A stretch of 20,000 bases of DNA from Chiloscyllium plagiosum (taxonomy: Eukaryota): NCBI RefSeq assembly GCF_004010195.1, contig NC_057719.1, positions 81,809,630 to 81,829,629 on the forward strand, read 5' to 3'. Below, piece by piece: positions 9,578 to 19,618 of this stretch (positions are counted from its first letter, which is position 1; every line of letters starts with the position of its first letter). The translations under genes and the position numbers were made by a program. A model generated the notes under the pieces. That model was not told the origin of the DNA. It did no database searches and saw only the letters and a list, made by a program, of their open reading frames with translations.

Positions 9578-10033
9578 TTCAGCTCCAACAACCCTCAAGG
9601 AGCTCAGTACTATCCTGCATCAATCAGCTTACTTCAGCGACTCCCCATCACCAGCTGAAACATTCACTTGCTCCCACATGTACGTTTGGGCAGTGACAGC
9701 AGTATGTATCATTCTCGATCAACAGCATCTTCCCAGTGCACAACCTCCATCATCCAGAAGGACAAAGGCTACAGTAGGATGGGAATGCAAGTGCCAGGAT
9801 GTCCTTCTCCCTATACACACACCATCCTGATATGGAACTACTTCAGCGTTCTTTCGCTGTCACTGGATCAAAATTGTGGAGCTCTCTCCTTAACAATACT
9901 GTAACTAGATCATATGAAGTGCAATGGCTTATGAATGTTGCCAACTACTAAGTTCTCCAAGGGTAAGATGGAATGGGCAATAAATTTCAGCTTGGCCAAC
10001 AATGGCCACATTCCATGAATGAACAAAAGAAAA
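9578..10033 (+). mobile_element. Decayed L2/CR1-group LINE 3' end
   Basis: SF.VTGSK.WNSL-like remnant near 9850-9890; tail ATGGGCAATAAAT...CACATTCCATGAATGAA followed by an A-rich end. Confidence 0.65.
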
Positions 10034-10834
10034 CTAATTTGATTTGTCAAGTTTCGTCATTTCAAGTTCATTGGCATCTCTAATTATAACATCACATGTA
10101 CTTAAAATCATAGGCAAGGCAATGTGTCTCCCACACTCTGTACTAGGTGGCTGCTATATCAGAGCAATGTCTGTGGAACTGTGCTGTAATTATTGTTTAA
10201 ACTGAGAGATTGGGCAAGGATGTGCGCTCATAAGGAAGTACCAATGGGAAATAATCCTTCATTTCTATCAAACATAAATGACTAATAACGAAAGTATCTT
10301 GACAAAAAAAAATCAGATTATCTGTAATATCCCTGTGGAGGTGGGCCTTTTTTAGTTGGGATGCTCCAGCCATCTTGAGTGGGGCTGACCAACTATCGCT
10401 TCCTACTGGTCATTCCCACAAGTTCATACTTAAGTAATAATCAGAAAGGAGTCAGATCATTTAGAGCAAATTTTATTGAAGTATGTTTAATTATGTAATG
10501 TGCCTATTTTCTTGCCCTTTTTTAAACAACTTTAACCGTTTGATTTTTTTTCTAACCTATTGCTCCCTTTGACTAATTTTGCCTCCACAGACATAACTTG
10601 CAAACCTCTTCCTCCTTTACATCTCTCTCCCTGTTTGTTTCCCACGTGTTGCCTGACTGCCGCTATTCATTCCAGGGTTGATGAGGAGGAAATCATTTCT
10701 TACAAACTGGAACTGATAACAGTCTGATGAAGTAATTTGCTTAATGATCCAAACCTCTTTGTTAAATGATGAAGATGTGAGACCCTGAGGAATCCATTGA
10801 TATATCTCATGAATATTACAGAATGGAGGGCTTG

Positions 10835-11162
10835 ACCATGTAGTTTCAAAAGGCTGCACAGACATTCAATATCATGGCTGATGTTTGGTCTTAGTCCCAA
10901 TTTCCCTTCCAGTCCTCAATACTATTGGAATCCAAGAAACAATTGATCTCTCTTCTGAACATATTCAATGAGGGAAAACATACAACTTCCTGCAGTACAG
11001 AGTTCCAAACATTCATAATTGTCTGAGTGAGGAAGCTCTCTTCATTTTAATATGAAATTATTTCCCCCTAATCTTCAGACTACATCCCACAGTTCCAAAA
11101 TCTCTAGCCAGGGGAAACAACTTTTCAGCATCTACCCTATCACAACTTTCAGAAGTTCTGAT
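10835..11162 (-). mobile_element. Old CR1 3' fragment
   Basis: DRVDAEKLFPLARDFGTVGCSLKIRG (11058-11246 ORF) parallels the C-terminus of CR1 ORF2 seen at 13437-13748. Confidence 0.8.
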
Positions 11163-11464
11163 CACAAGACAGTGTGACCAAAGGAGGATGGGAATGCGAA
11201 CTGCCAATTCATGCCAGTTTAGAAGAGGCCAGTTCATATGGGGCACGTATATTCACTCACAAGCATTGTGCAGTCAATTAAGCGAATTTAAGTGTCTACT
11301 ACATTCCCTCTCCCACTCATCACAGGAACCTTCCTGTTGGGCCCTGGGTGAGTTAGGAGAAGGGGCGAGCTGCCTGACAGAAGACTAGGCGTCCAGTACT
11401 CCTGTTTTCTTTTTAAAATTCTCCAAAGCCACAGCATATATATGGCTACAACTGTTAGGGCCCC

Positions 11465-11670
11465 TGCTGTATGATTGTCAAGTTGGTTCAGTGCGCAGCT
11501 TGCAATTAAAGTGATGCTAACAATGTGAGTTCAATTCCCACACTGGCTGAGGTTACCATGAAGGACTCTCCTTCTCAATTTCACCCTTGGGATAAATCAC
11601 CACTGGTTCTCTCTCTCTCTGTCATTAGAGAGCAGCTTTATGATCTGGTAAGATTATTGCTCTTCACCTA
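11465..11670 (+). mobile_element. tRNA-derived SINE of another family, decayed
   Basis: B box GAGTTCAATTCCC at 11527-11539; degenerate A box near 11475-11485; CTCTCT...AGAGAG hairpin near the 3' end. Confidence 0.6.
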
Positions 11671-11915
11671 TTGCCATCCTATTTAACCTGCTTGTCCTCC
11701 TTTCAACTTACTTTTACATCCAGCTTTGCATTGTTAGTAAATGTTTGGTGTCATAATCTAAGTCATTTTGATTGTAAAAGGCTGGGCATCCAGTAATTAG
11801 CCTTACACCTTGATGCATGCATCATGCAAACTTAAGAAGGCTCCCTTTAAGCCTCCTTCCTGCTTATTATCACTTAAGCAATATCCCTGTTAATATCTGA
11901 CCATAATGCAGAAGC

Positions 11916-12140
11916 TTTAACATTGTATACTGACCTGTGATGTAGTATACCAAGTTGTGTATGAACTTTTAACATTCTGTGCCAAATTTTAATGTTTTCT
12001 ACAAGCCTTTAATATTGTATATCAATACTTAATGTTGTATACTAGTCTTTAACGTTCAATACCAAATATTTAATGTTGTATACTAGCCTTTAACATTCTA
12101 TACCAATATTTAATATTTATTACCAATATTTAATGTTTAT
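11916..12140. repeat. AT-rich ~20-bp minisatellite with a ~40-bp dimeric period
   Basis: Alternating units TTTAATGTTGTATACTAGC and CTTTAACATTCTATACCAATA. Confidence 0.85.
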
Positions 12141-12361
12141 GCAGCACTATATTCAAATCATTTTGAAATTCCTGGTATACTATATCTACTGATTTAGCTT
12201 TCTCTACCCTTTCATTAAATCCTCAAAAATGTCAAGTAGACTTGTCAAACATGATTTCTCTTTCATAAATCCATGCTGATTTTGTCTAACCATGTTATGA
12301 TTTTCTAAATGTCTTTTTAGCAACTCCTTAGTAATAGCTTGCAGTGTTTTCCCAATGACTG

Positions 12362-12532
12362 ATAGAGTCATAGAGCCATACAACACGGAAACAGGCCCTG
12401 GTCCAATTCGTCCATGATGACCAAGATTCCCAAACTAAACTGATCCCATTGCCTGCATTTGGTCCCTATTCCTCTAAACCTTTCCTATTCATGTACCTGT
12501 CCAAATATCTTTTGTAACTGTACCTGCTTCTA
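12362..12532 (-). mobile_element. HER1-type CR1 3' tail
   Basis: ATAGAGTCATAGAG tail, GGAAACAGGCCC motif shared with HE1 tails, CATGTACCTGTCCAAAT (LDRYM on minus). Confidence 0.8.
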
Positions 12533-13218
12533 TCCAATGTCAAGAAAGCTCTTTTCTTTAATAGTGGAGTTGTATCTCATAACTTCCAGTCCACTGAGAC
12601 CACTCTCGAATCTGTGGAGCTTTGGAAGATTAAAAGCAGTACACTCAAATTCTTTAGAGAGAAAGATTGGTACGACAGAGGATAGAGTGCATTGCATTCC
12701 CCTCAACAGTATTTTGAGTTAGTTCCTTACCTTGTTTTGCCACCATTTTTGGGTTTTTTTTTATTGTGTAATAATTGTTGCGAGTGAAATGGGCGATTTG
12801 CTGTTGGGTTTTTCAGAATTTATGAAAATATTAAAAGCAATGCAACCTGTATCGCTGCAGCCATCTCTGTGAAAACCAAAGGAGGTGCAATCACATTTTC
12901 TGCCAAATGAACCACATAATGAAAAATCAAGTTTCCTCAGTTGACATTCCGGGTGGACATTTCATCAACATAGAAAAACCCATTCCATGTTATATCAAAA
13001 CAGGATGAAGGAAATAGCAAAATAAGTTTTATTGTCATGGACTGATGGAACTTAACAACTACCAGATGTGCAAACTTGTCTATGATATGACAAGTTAACT
13101 CTTTGTGATCTGTGGCAGTCCTTGCATTTTTAGCGTCTCCAGTTTGTTAGGACCATTGCACAAGGAAGTCTACTTCTGCAGCAGCTTTCACAATCAGAGG
13201 ACCTGCAAAACAATTTAA

Positions 13219-13295
13219 GACCATAAGAATAGGAATAGGAGTAGGCCATTCAGCCCCTGAGCCTGTTCCACAATTCAATAGGATCATTGCTGAAT
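13219..13295 (-). mobile_element. Short CR1 3' tail
   Basis: CATAAGAATAGGAATAGGAGTAGGCCATTCAGCCC...TTCAATAGGATCATTGCTGA. Confidence 0.7.
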
Positions 13296-13436
13296 TTGCA
13301 GGCAATCTTAGTTCTTAGAACATGGAACATAGAACACAGAAAAGTATGTTCTACTTGGCCCATGATGTTGTGCCTAGCATTAGTCCTAATGTAAAATAAA
13401 ATAACTTAACCGACGCACGCCTCAATTCACTGCTAT

Positions 13437-16275
13437 TCATGTGCATGTCCAGCAGTTGCTTAATGTTCCTAATGACTCTGCTTCTACCACCACAGCTGGC
13501 AACGCATTCCATGTATTCACAACTCTCTGTGGAAAGAACCTTCCTCTGACGTCCCCTATATACCTTTCTCCTAATATCTTAAAACTATGACCCCTCATGC
13601 CAGTCATTCCTTCCCTGGGGAAAGGTCTCTGGCTATTGACTCTATCCATGCCTCTCATTATCTTGTATACCTCAATCAGGTCACCTCTCTTCCTCCTTCC
13701 CTCCAAAGAGAAAAGTCCAAGCTTAGTCAACCTCTCTTCATAAGGCAAGCCCTCCAGTCCAGCAGCATCCTGGTAAACCTTCTTTGCACCTCTCCAAAGC
13801 CTCTATATCTTTCGTATAGTAGGGCAACCAGAACTGGACACAATATTCCAAGTGTGGTCTCATCAGGGACTTGTAGAGCTATAGCAAAACCTTGCAACTC
13901 TTAAACTCCCCCGTTAATGAAAGCCAAAACACCATATGCTTTCTTAACAACCCTATCCACATGGGTAGCAACTTTGAGGGATCTATGTACTTGAACACCA
14001 AGATCCATCTGTTCCTCCACACTGCCAAGAATCCTGTCTTTAATCCTATATTCCGCATTCGAGTTTGATCTTCCAAAATGCATCGCTTCACATTTATCCA
14101 GGTTGAACTCCATGTGCCATTTCTTAGCCCAGCTCTGCATCCTGTCTATGTCGTGCTGCAGCCTGCAACGGCCCTCGATACTATCGACAACACCTCCAAC
14201 CTTTGTGTCATCTGCAAATTTACTAACCCATCTCTCAACCTCCTCATCCAACTCATTTATAAAAACTACAAAGAGCAGAGGCCCAAGAACAGAACCCTGC
14301 AGGACCCCAATCAGCACTGACCTCCAGGCAGAATACTTTCCATCAAAACCACTCTCTGCCTTCTGTCAGCCAACTAATTCTGAATCCAGATAGCCAAACC
14401 TCTCTGTATTCCATACCTCCTGACTTTATGAATGAGCCTACCAGAGGAACCTTATCAAATGCCTTGCTGAAGTACATATACACCACATCTGCAGCTCGAC
14501 CTTCGTCAACCTGTCTTGTTGCCTCCTCAAAGAACTTAATAAGATTAGTGAGGTTCTGGATTAGTGGTGCTGGAAGAGCACAGCAGTTCAGGCAGCATCC
14601 AAGGAGCTTCGAAATCGACGTTTCGGGCAAAAGCCCTTCAGATTAATGAGGCATGACCTGCCCCTCACAAAGCCATGCTGACTGCCTTTAATCATGCTAT
14701 GCTTTTCCAAATAGTCATAAATCCTATCCCACAGAATTCTTTCCAAACCTTGCTGACCACAGATGTAAGACTGACTGGTCTGTAATTACTAGGGATTTCC
14801 TTATTACTCTTCTTGAAAAGAGGAACATTTCCAATCCTCCAATATGACTCCCGTGGAGAGTGAGGAGGCAAAGATCTTCGCCAGTGGCTTAGCAACCTCC
14901 TTTCTCGCTTCCCGGAGCAGCCTAGGATAAATCAGGTCTGGCCCTGGGGACTTACCAATCTTCATGTTTGCCAAAATTTCCAGCACATCAACTTCAACCA
15001 TCTTGATCTGGTCAGGCCTGTATCCCAGCCCCTCAAAGTTCTTAGTAAGGTCCCTTTCCTTAGTGAAAACCAAGCAAAAAACTAATTTAGGGCTTCCCCT
15101 ATCTGCTCAGACTCCACACACAACTTCCCTACACTATCCCTGACCAGCCCTACCTTCTCCCTGATCATTCTCTTATTCCTCATGTATGAGTAAAATGCCT
15201 TTGTGTTCTCCGTAATCCTTCTTGCCAAGCATTTCTCGTGCCCCCTCCTGGGTCTCCTTAGTCCATTTCTGAGCTCGTTTCTAGTAAGCCTGTAATCCTC
15301 TAAAGCTGTGCTAGATCCTTGCTTCCTCCACCTTACGTAAGCTGCCTTCTTCCCTTTGACAAGAAGCTCCTCTGTTCTCGTCATCCAAGGCTCCTTAATC
15401 TTACCCCTTCTTACCTGTCTCAGAGGAACAAATTCGTGCATCACTCGGAACAACTGCTCCTTAAACAGTCTCCAGATGTCTGCTGTGCCCTTTCTGTGGA
15501 ACAATTGCTCCCAGTCTGTGCTTCCCATCTCCTGTCTAATTGTGTCATACTTTCCTTTTCCCCAACTAAATATCTTTCCTTGGTAACTGCTCCTTTCCCT
15601 CTCCAAGGCTATGGTAAATGTGAGGCAGTTGTGATCACTGTCACCAAAGTGTTCTCCCACTGCGAGATTTGACACCTGTCCTGGCTCATTGCCAAGCACC
15701 AAATCCAAAATGGCCTCTCCCCTCATCGGTCTGTCTACATACTGAGTAAGGAAACCCTCCTGAGCACACCTGACAAAAACAGCTCCATCCAAACCATCTG
15801 CACTAAGGAGGTTCCAGTCAATCTTGGGAAAGTTGAAATCACCCATAACAACAACCCTGATACAGCTGCAGTTTTCCAAAATCCGCCCGTCTATGAGTTC
15901 TTCAATCTCTCTACTGCTATTAAGGGGTCTGTAGAAAACCCCCAATGAAGTGGTTGCTCCCTTGCTGTTCCTAACTTCCACCCATACTGACTCAGTAGAC
16001 AAACCTTCCTCAACAACCTTCGTTTCTGTAGCTGTAATGGTCTCTCTGATTAGCAATGCTATACCCCCTCCTCTTTTCTCACCCTCCCTGTTATTTTTAA
16101 ATGTTCTAAACCTTGGAGCCTCACACAGCCATTCCTGTCCCTGTGAAACCCACATCTCTGTTATGGCCACAGCATCAGAGCCCTGAGTACTGATCCATGC
16201 TCTAAGTTCACCACTCTTATTTCTGACACTCCTTGCATTAAAGCAGACACACTTTAACCTATCCCTTTGTTTCAT
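13437..16275 (-). pseudogene. CR1 ORF2: apurinic-like endonuclease plus reverse transcriptase, frameshifted
   Basis: FNARS, AITE.W, GDFN, LDLVL, SDH (APE); KSPGPD, NYRPVSLTS, FSKAFDKV, QGSVLGPLLF, FADDT (RT); RGDLIEVYK (C-terminus), spread over several ORFs. Confidence 0.95.
14554..14639 (-). mobile_element. 86-bp family-3 pLTR-type insertion in the CR1 RT, with a 5'-truncated hammerhead
   Basis: TSD AGATTAGTGAGG / AGATTAATGAGG (14542-14553, 14640-14651); minus strand UGA-A-GGGC-UUUU-GCCC-GAAACGUC with an incomplete CUGAUGA box. Confidence 0.88.
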
Positions 16276-16369
16276 CACATGAGAAACTTTCCCAAAAGAT
16301 TCATTACATCCTATCACTGCCCCATCTGCAACTACCTCCCTCTCAGATATGTGACTTTGACTCCCAGGC

Positions 16370-16750
16370 CCCTGCCAAACTAGTTTAAACCCTCCCGAAC
16401 CACATGAGCAAATATCCCATGCAGGACATTTGTGCCCCTCTAGTTCAGGTGCAACCCATCCTTCATGTATAGGTCCCACCTTCCCCAGAAGGTATCCCAA
16501 TGGTCTAGGTATCTGAAACCCTCCCTCCTGCACAAGCCTCACAGCCATGTGTTAAGCTGCATTCACTGACTGTTCCTCACCTCACTATCTCGTGGCACTG
16601 GTAGCAAACCTGAGATCACTACTCTACTCGTTCTGCTCTTCAGCTTCCAACCTAACTCTCTAGTCACTTTTCAGACCCTCAATCCCTTTCCTGGCTATAT
16701 TATTGGTACCAATATGTACCATGATTTCTGGCTGCTCACCCTGCCCCCTT
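16370..16750 (-). pseudogene. CR1 ORF1 C-terminal SGNH esterase remnant
   Basis: EQPEIMVHIGTNNIAR (~16690-16740) and RWDLYMKDGLHLN*RGTNV (DGLHLN at 16443-16460). Confidence 0.85.
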
Positions 16751-16751
16751 C

Positions 16752-17014
16752 AGAAGCACTTTGCAATGTAACAAACAAGCAACTAATTTGAGTACAACTG
16801 GGTTCTGCAAACAATCATGCAATATGGCTGTCATTTTTTCTCAGTGATACTGGTTGATGATGATGAGCAGGGGGAGAACAGCCCTTGGCTTCTTTAGAAG
16901 TGTCAATGGAATATTTTCTTTCCACCTTAGAGGTCGGACAGGTGCTCAGTTTAATGTTTCATCTGAAAGAAGTCGCCTGCAATAATGGAGCGTTCTCTTA
17001 ATACTGGAGTGTCA
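16752..17014 (-). mobile_element. Ancient Deu-domain-type SINE fragment (SacSINE1-like)
   Basis: By-eye match to the Deu-type core (GGGGAGAAC...TCCACCT.AGAGG...GTTTAATGTTTCATCTGAAAGA...CTGGAGTGTCA); a probable 3' continuation lies at ~13180-13218, beyond the CR1. Confidence 0.6.
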
Positions 17015-18247
17015 AAGAAAGAAGATAACTGCTGTGCAAATTATCAGGCCCATACATAACGATAGGCAGCTAAGCTAAGGGTTGGAAGCACTCAAGAGGT
17101 TGTTTCATGTGCCTGCGCTTCAGGGATGGCACTCCAAACATTGCCAATGCTAAAGATTTATGCCTGATTTTGAAAGGAAAATAAAGCACAGCTGGAAATC
17201 CATGGCGATGGAGGTAAGCCAAAAATATGAGTGGGTTGAATGCTTATTTTCATCGATGAATTATTAATGAGATAGTTGTTCTCTTGCCAATGCCAGTAAA
17301 CTGGAAGAATCAAGAACACATCCTGAAAACAACTGTAGAGGATGGATTTTTCCACATTAGTTATCTGATGGGTCGAAAGCAGAAGCAAATGTTACACTGA
17401 CGAAGTCAAACGGCCGCGAACAATACCAAAGGCCAAAGTGCTGTTACATAGAAATGTTGTGTTTGTTTTAAAGATTGTTTCACTTGAAAAGGCTAAAAAC
17501 AGGTACCTGAACCATGTTTTTCAAAGTTTCTTTTATTTTAAAGACATTTATGGCGTAATCACATTTCAGGGTTTATGGCTTTGTTTTGAATATTGTCTGT
17601 TTCTCTCTTGGAGTACAGTGTACTGAAAGATGGAGAAAAGCAACTCGACTCATCCTTTGGCTTTTTGAGAAAACCTTTGCAGTTGCTCCCCAAAAAAGCA
17701 TCTGAATTCTTAATAACGCCTGGACAAACATATCTGCAGATATACCAGTGACAGCTGCCTGCGTTTAGTGACACCCATTTCCATGGACCAGTATGACACC
17801 CATTTCATGTCTGAAAGCCATTTGAGCTACTTGTACTTATTTTTGCTTTCCCTTCAAGAACTAACAATTATTTTGCTAACGGTTTTGTTTTCAAAAGTAA
17901 GGTCTGCAGAAAAGGTTCTGCAATCTTTAATTGACGTGTGTCTCTTGCGGGGACTCTTCAAGAGGGTGGAGGTGGTCATTTAGAAGCTTAAATATTTTCA
18001 CTATCCTATTTCAAGCAGTGTGTAAATCAGCTTTCTTCTTTGTCCAAATGAGCATTTTTAGAAATATAATAAAACAATACTTTATGTCTACACAATGGAT
18101 TTTTAAAATTCATAATTTAATAGTGTGAAAGTGTATAATTGATTATATTGGTAACAGGGTAAAGCATTTAAACGGAGATCGTGACCAGTGGAATAGTGTG
18201 ACTGGAAATAAACAGTATACTCTCCAAACTCTTTCGCCAAATAAAAC

Positions 18248-18268
18248 TGGTGACTCATTGTCCAGGAT
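18248..18268 (+). promoter_or_regulatory. Degenerate primer-binding site (tRNA-Pro-like)
   Basis: TGGTGACTCATTGTCCAGGAT versus canonical TGGGGGCTCGTCCGGGAT, located between the putative LTR and gag. Confidence 0.4.
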
Positions 18269-18523
18269 AACCCAAAGTCAGAAATGTGTAATCGGAAACA
18301 GGGTAATTATCACTGAAACAGTAGAAAGAAAGGTGCCAGATTTCCTCTGTATTAGAGGAATACTAATATTGTTGTCGTGGCTACGTTTGATGCAGCTGAG
18401 TTTGTGCAGGTGCGTGAGAAAGATTAGACATTTTTAAAGGAATTGTTAACCGCATAATTGCTGAATGAGGAAGTTCACTTGCAATTCAATATTGGACAGA
18501 AAGCTAGGAAAGCTAAACTTCAG

Positions 18524-18687
18524 GAGAAAGTGAGGACTGCAGATGCTGGAGAGTCAGGGTCAAAAAGTCAGAATGAAGTTTGAAAAGTCAAAGAGTCAGA
18601 TTGAAGGGTTTTTGCCTGAAACGTCAATTCCCCTGCTCCTCAGATGCTGCCTGACCTGCTGTGCTTTTTCCAGCACCACACTTTTCG
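18524..18687. mobile_element. 164-bp inverted family-3 pLTR-type insertion
   Basis: TSD AAGCT(A/T)AACTTCAG (18510-18523, 18688-18701); minus arm ~18524-18568, plus arm 18602-18687 with a truncated hammerhead (GAAACGTC at 18618-18625). Confidence 0.85.
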
Positions 18688-19039
18688 AAGCTTAACTTCA
18701 GAAACTAGTGGCTGGAGAGTTGAAGACTGGAATGAGAGAGCCAGGCGAACATATAGATTCTGAAGAAAATGTTATATTGGCACTGATTCTGTTACAAAAA
18801 TGAAGTTGGATCTAGAATCTCAGAGACAAAAGAAAAGGAGAATGAAATGGCAGTTAAGAAGCTAAAACAAGAACTAAAAACGGAAAGAAAAAGGAGCAAA
18901 AAGAGAAAAAAGGGGAAAGGAAGGAAATGAAAAATGGGATTCCAGTTTTAAATTAAGGAATTGAAAATGAAAATGTCTCTGATTCTGGGTTTAGTTCTGA
19001 TGAGGAAAGACTATAAAACCAAAAGATGTAGGCGCAGAA

Positions 19040-19297
19040 GTAATTACAGCCCCTACAGTGCAGAAACAGGCCATTTGGTCCAACAAGTCCACACTGACAC
19101 ATTCCCCCTACCCGATTGTGCTGCATTTCCCCTGGCTAATACACCTAACCTACACATCCATGAACGTTATGGGCAATTTACCATGGTCAATTAACCTAAT
19201 CCGCACATCTTTGGACTGTGGGAGGAAACTGGAGCAAAAGCAGACACAGGAATGCTGGAATCGAACCCGGGTCCCCAGCACTGAGCCACCGTGCCAC
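19040..19297 (-). mobile_element. HE1-type SINE with internal deletions
   Basis: GAAACAGGCCATTTGG.CCAACAAGTCCACAC tail, GGGCAATTTA.CATGG.CAAT core, B box GGGTTCGATTCC (-). Confidence 0.88.
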
Positions 19298-19362
19298 TCT
19301 ATTGAACCATTGTGCTGCACTTCTGAGCCACTGCAGCCCCTTTCTGAACCACTGTGCCACCC
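19281..19362 (-). repeat. Four tandem 21-bp copies of the SINE 5' end / A box
   Basis: Units start at 19281, 19302, 19323 and 19344 (CTGAGCCACCGTGCCAC-like). Confidence 0.8.
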
Positions 19363-19618
19363 ATGTTCCGAGACAAGGAACTATTGGGGAACTGTTTATT
19401 TTTTTGCAAGCCCTTCTGAAGCTTGAGGAATGGGACTTGAGGGCTTTGTTTTAAAGGTAGCTAAATAGGTGACCAAAGTAAACTGGATACTGTCCATATG
19501 AAGTCGGCTGACTAGCAGAACTCAAGATTTTTATGCCATGCTTTCTGAGGAGGCCTCTACAGATTATGAGAGAAGGTTTCATCAGCCAGACATGCAACTG
19601 AGTGGCTGATGATTACAA

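Larger units (their letters stand above)
11700..12670 (-). mobile_element. Old CR1 RT fragment interrupted by a minisatellite and a younger CR1 tail
   Basis: HLENHNMVRQNQHGFMKEKSCLTSLLDIFE (12204-12386 ORF); VDIVYQEFQ-like remnant near 12160-12190. Confidence 0.75.
13317..16750 (-). mobile_element. 5'-truncated CR1 (HER1-like) LINE, ~3.4 kb
   Basis: ORF1 end, near-complete but disrupted ORF2, 3' UTR and (TTCTATG)n-like tail at 13317-13342. Confidence 0.97.
17442..19618 (+). mobile_element. Decayed Gmr1-like Gypsy LTR retrotransposon: 5' LTR, PBS, gag remnant
   Basis: Putative LTR from TGTTAC (17442) to ~18246 with AATAAA at 18068; degenerate tRNA-Pro PBS at 18248-18268; gag-like QALLKLEEWDLRALF..KVAK*VTKVNWILSI*SRLTSRTQDFYAMLSEEASTDYE..ADDY at ~19400-19616. 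Confidence 0.65.

Noticed and set aside
10724..10746. CTGATGA followed by a weak hairpin
   Set aside because: No GAAA box after the stem; not a hammerhead.
11916..12140. CRISPR-like array
   Set aside because: No unique spacers or cas genes; eukaryotic minisatellite.
15082..16548. 488-aa ORF as an intact gene
   Set aside because: It is the CR1 endonuclease region preceded by out-of-frame ORF1 sequence; the downstream RT is frameshifted and interrupted.
17178..17220. Possible short exon ending GAG|GTAAGC
   Set aside because: Weak acceptor; longer versions have stops in all three frames.
17397..17421. CTGACGAAGTCAAACGGCCGCGAAC hammerhead-like string
   Set aside because: Stem II is not followed directly by GAAA and there is no stem III.
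18997..19010. CTGATGAGGAAAG
   Set aside because: No stem II between the boxes; reads as SDEE codons in the gag remnant.
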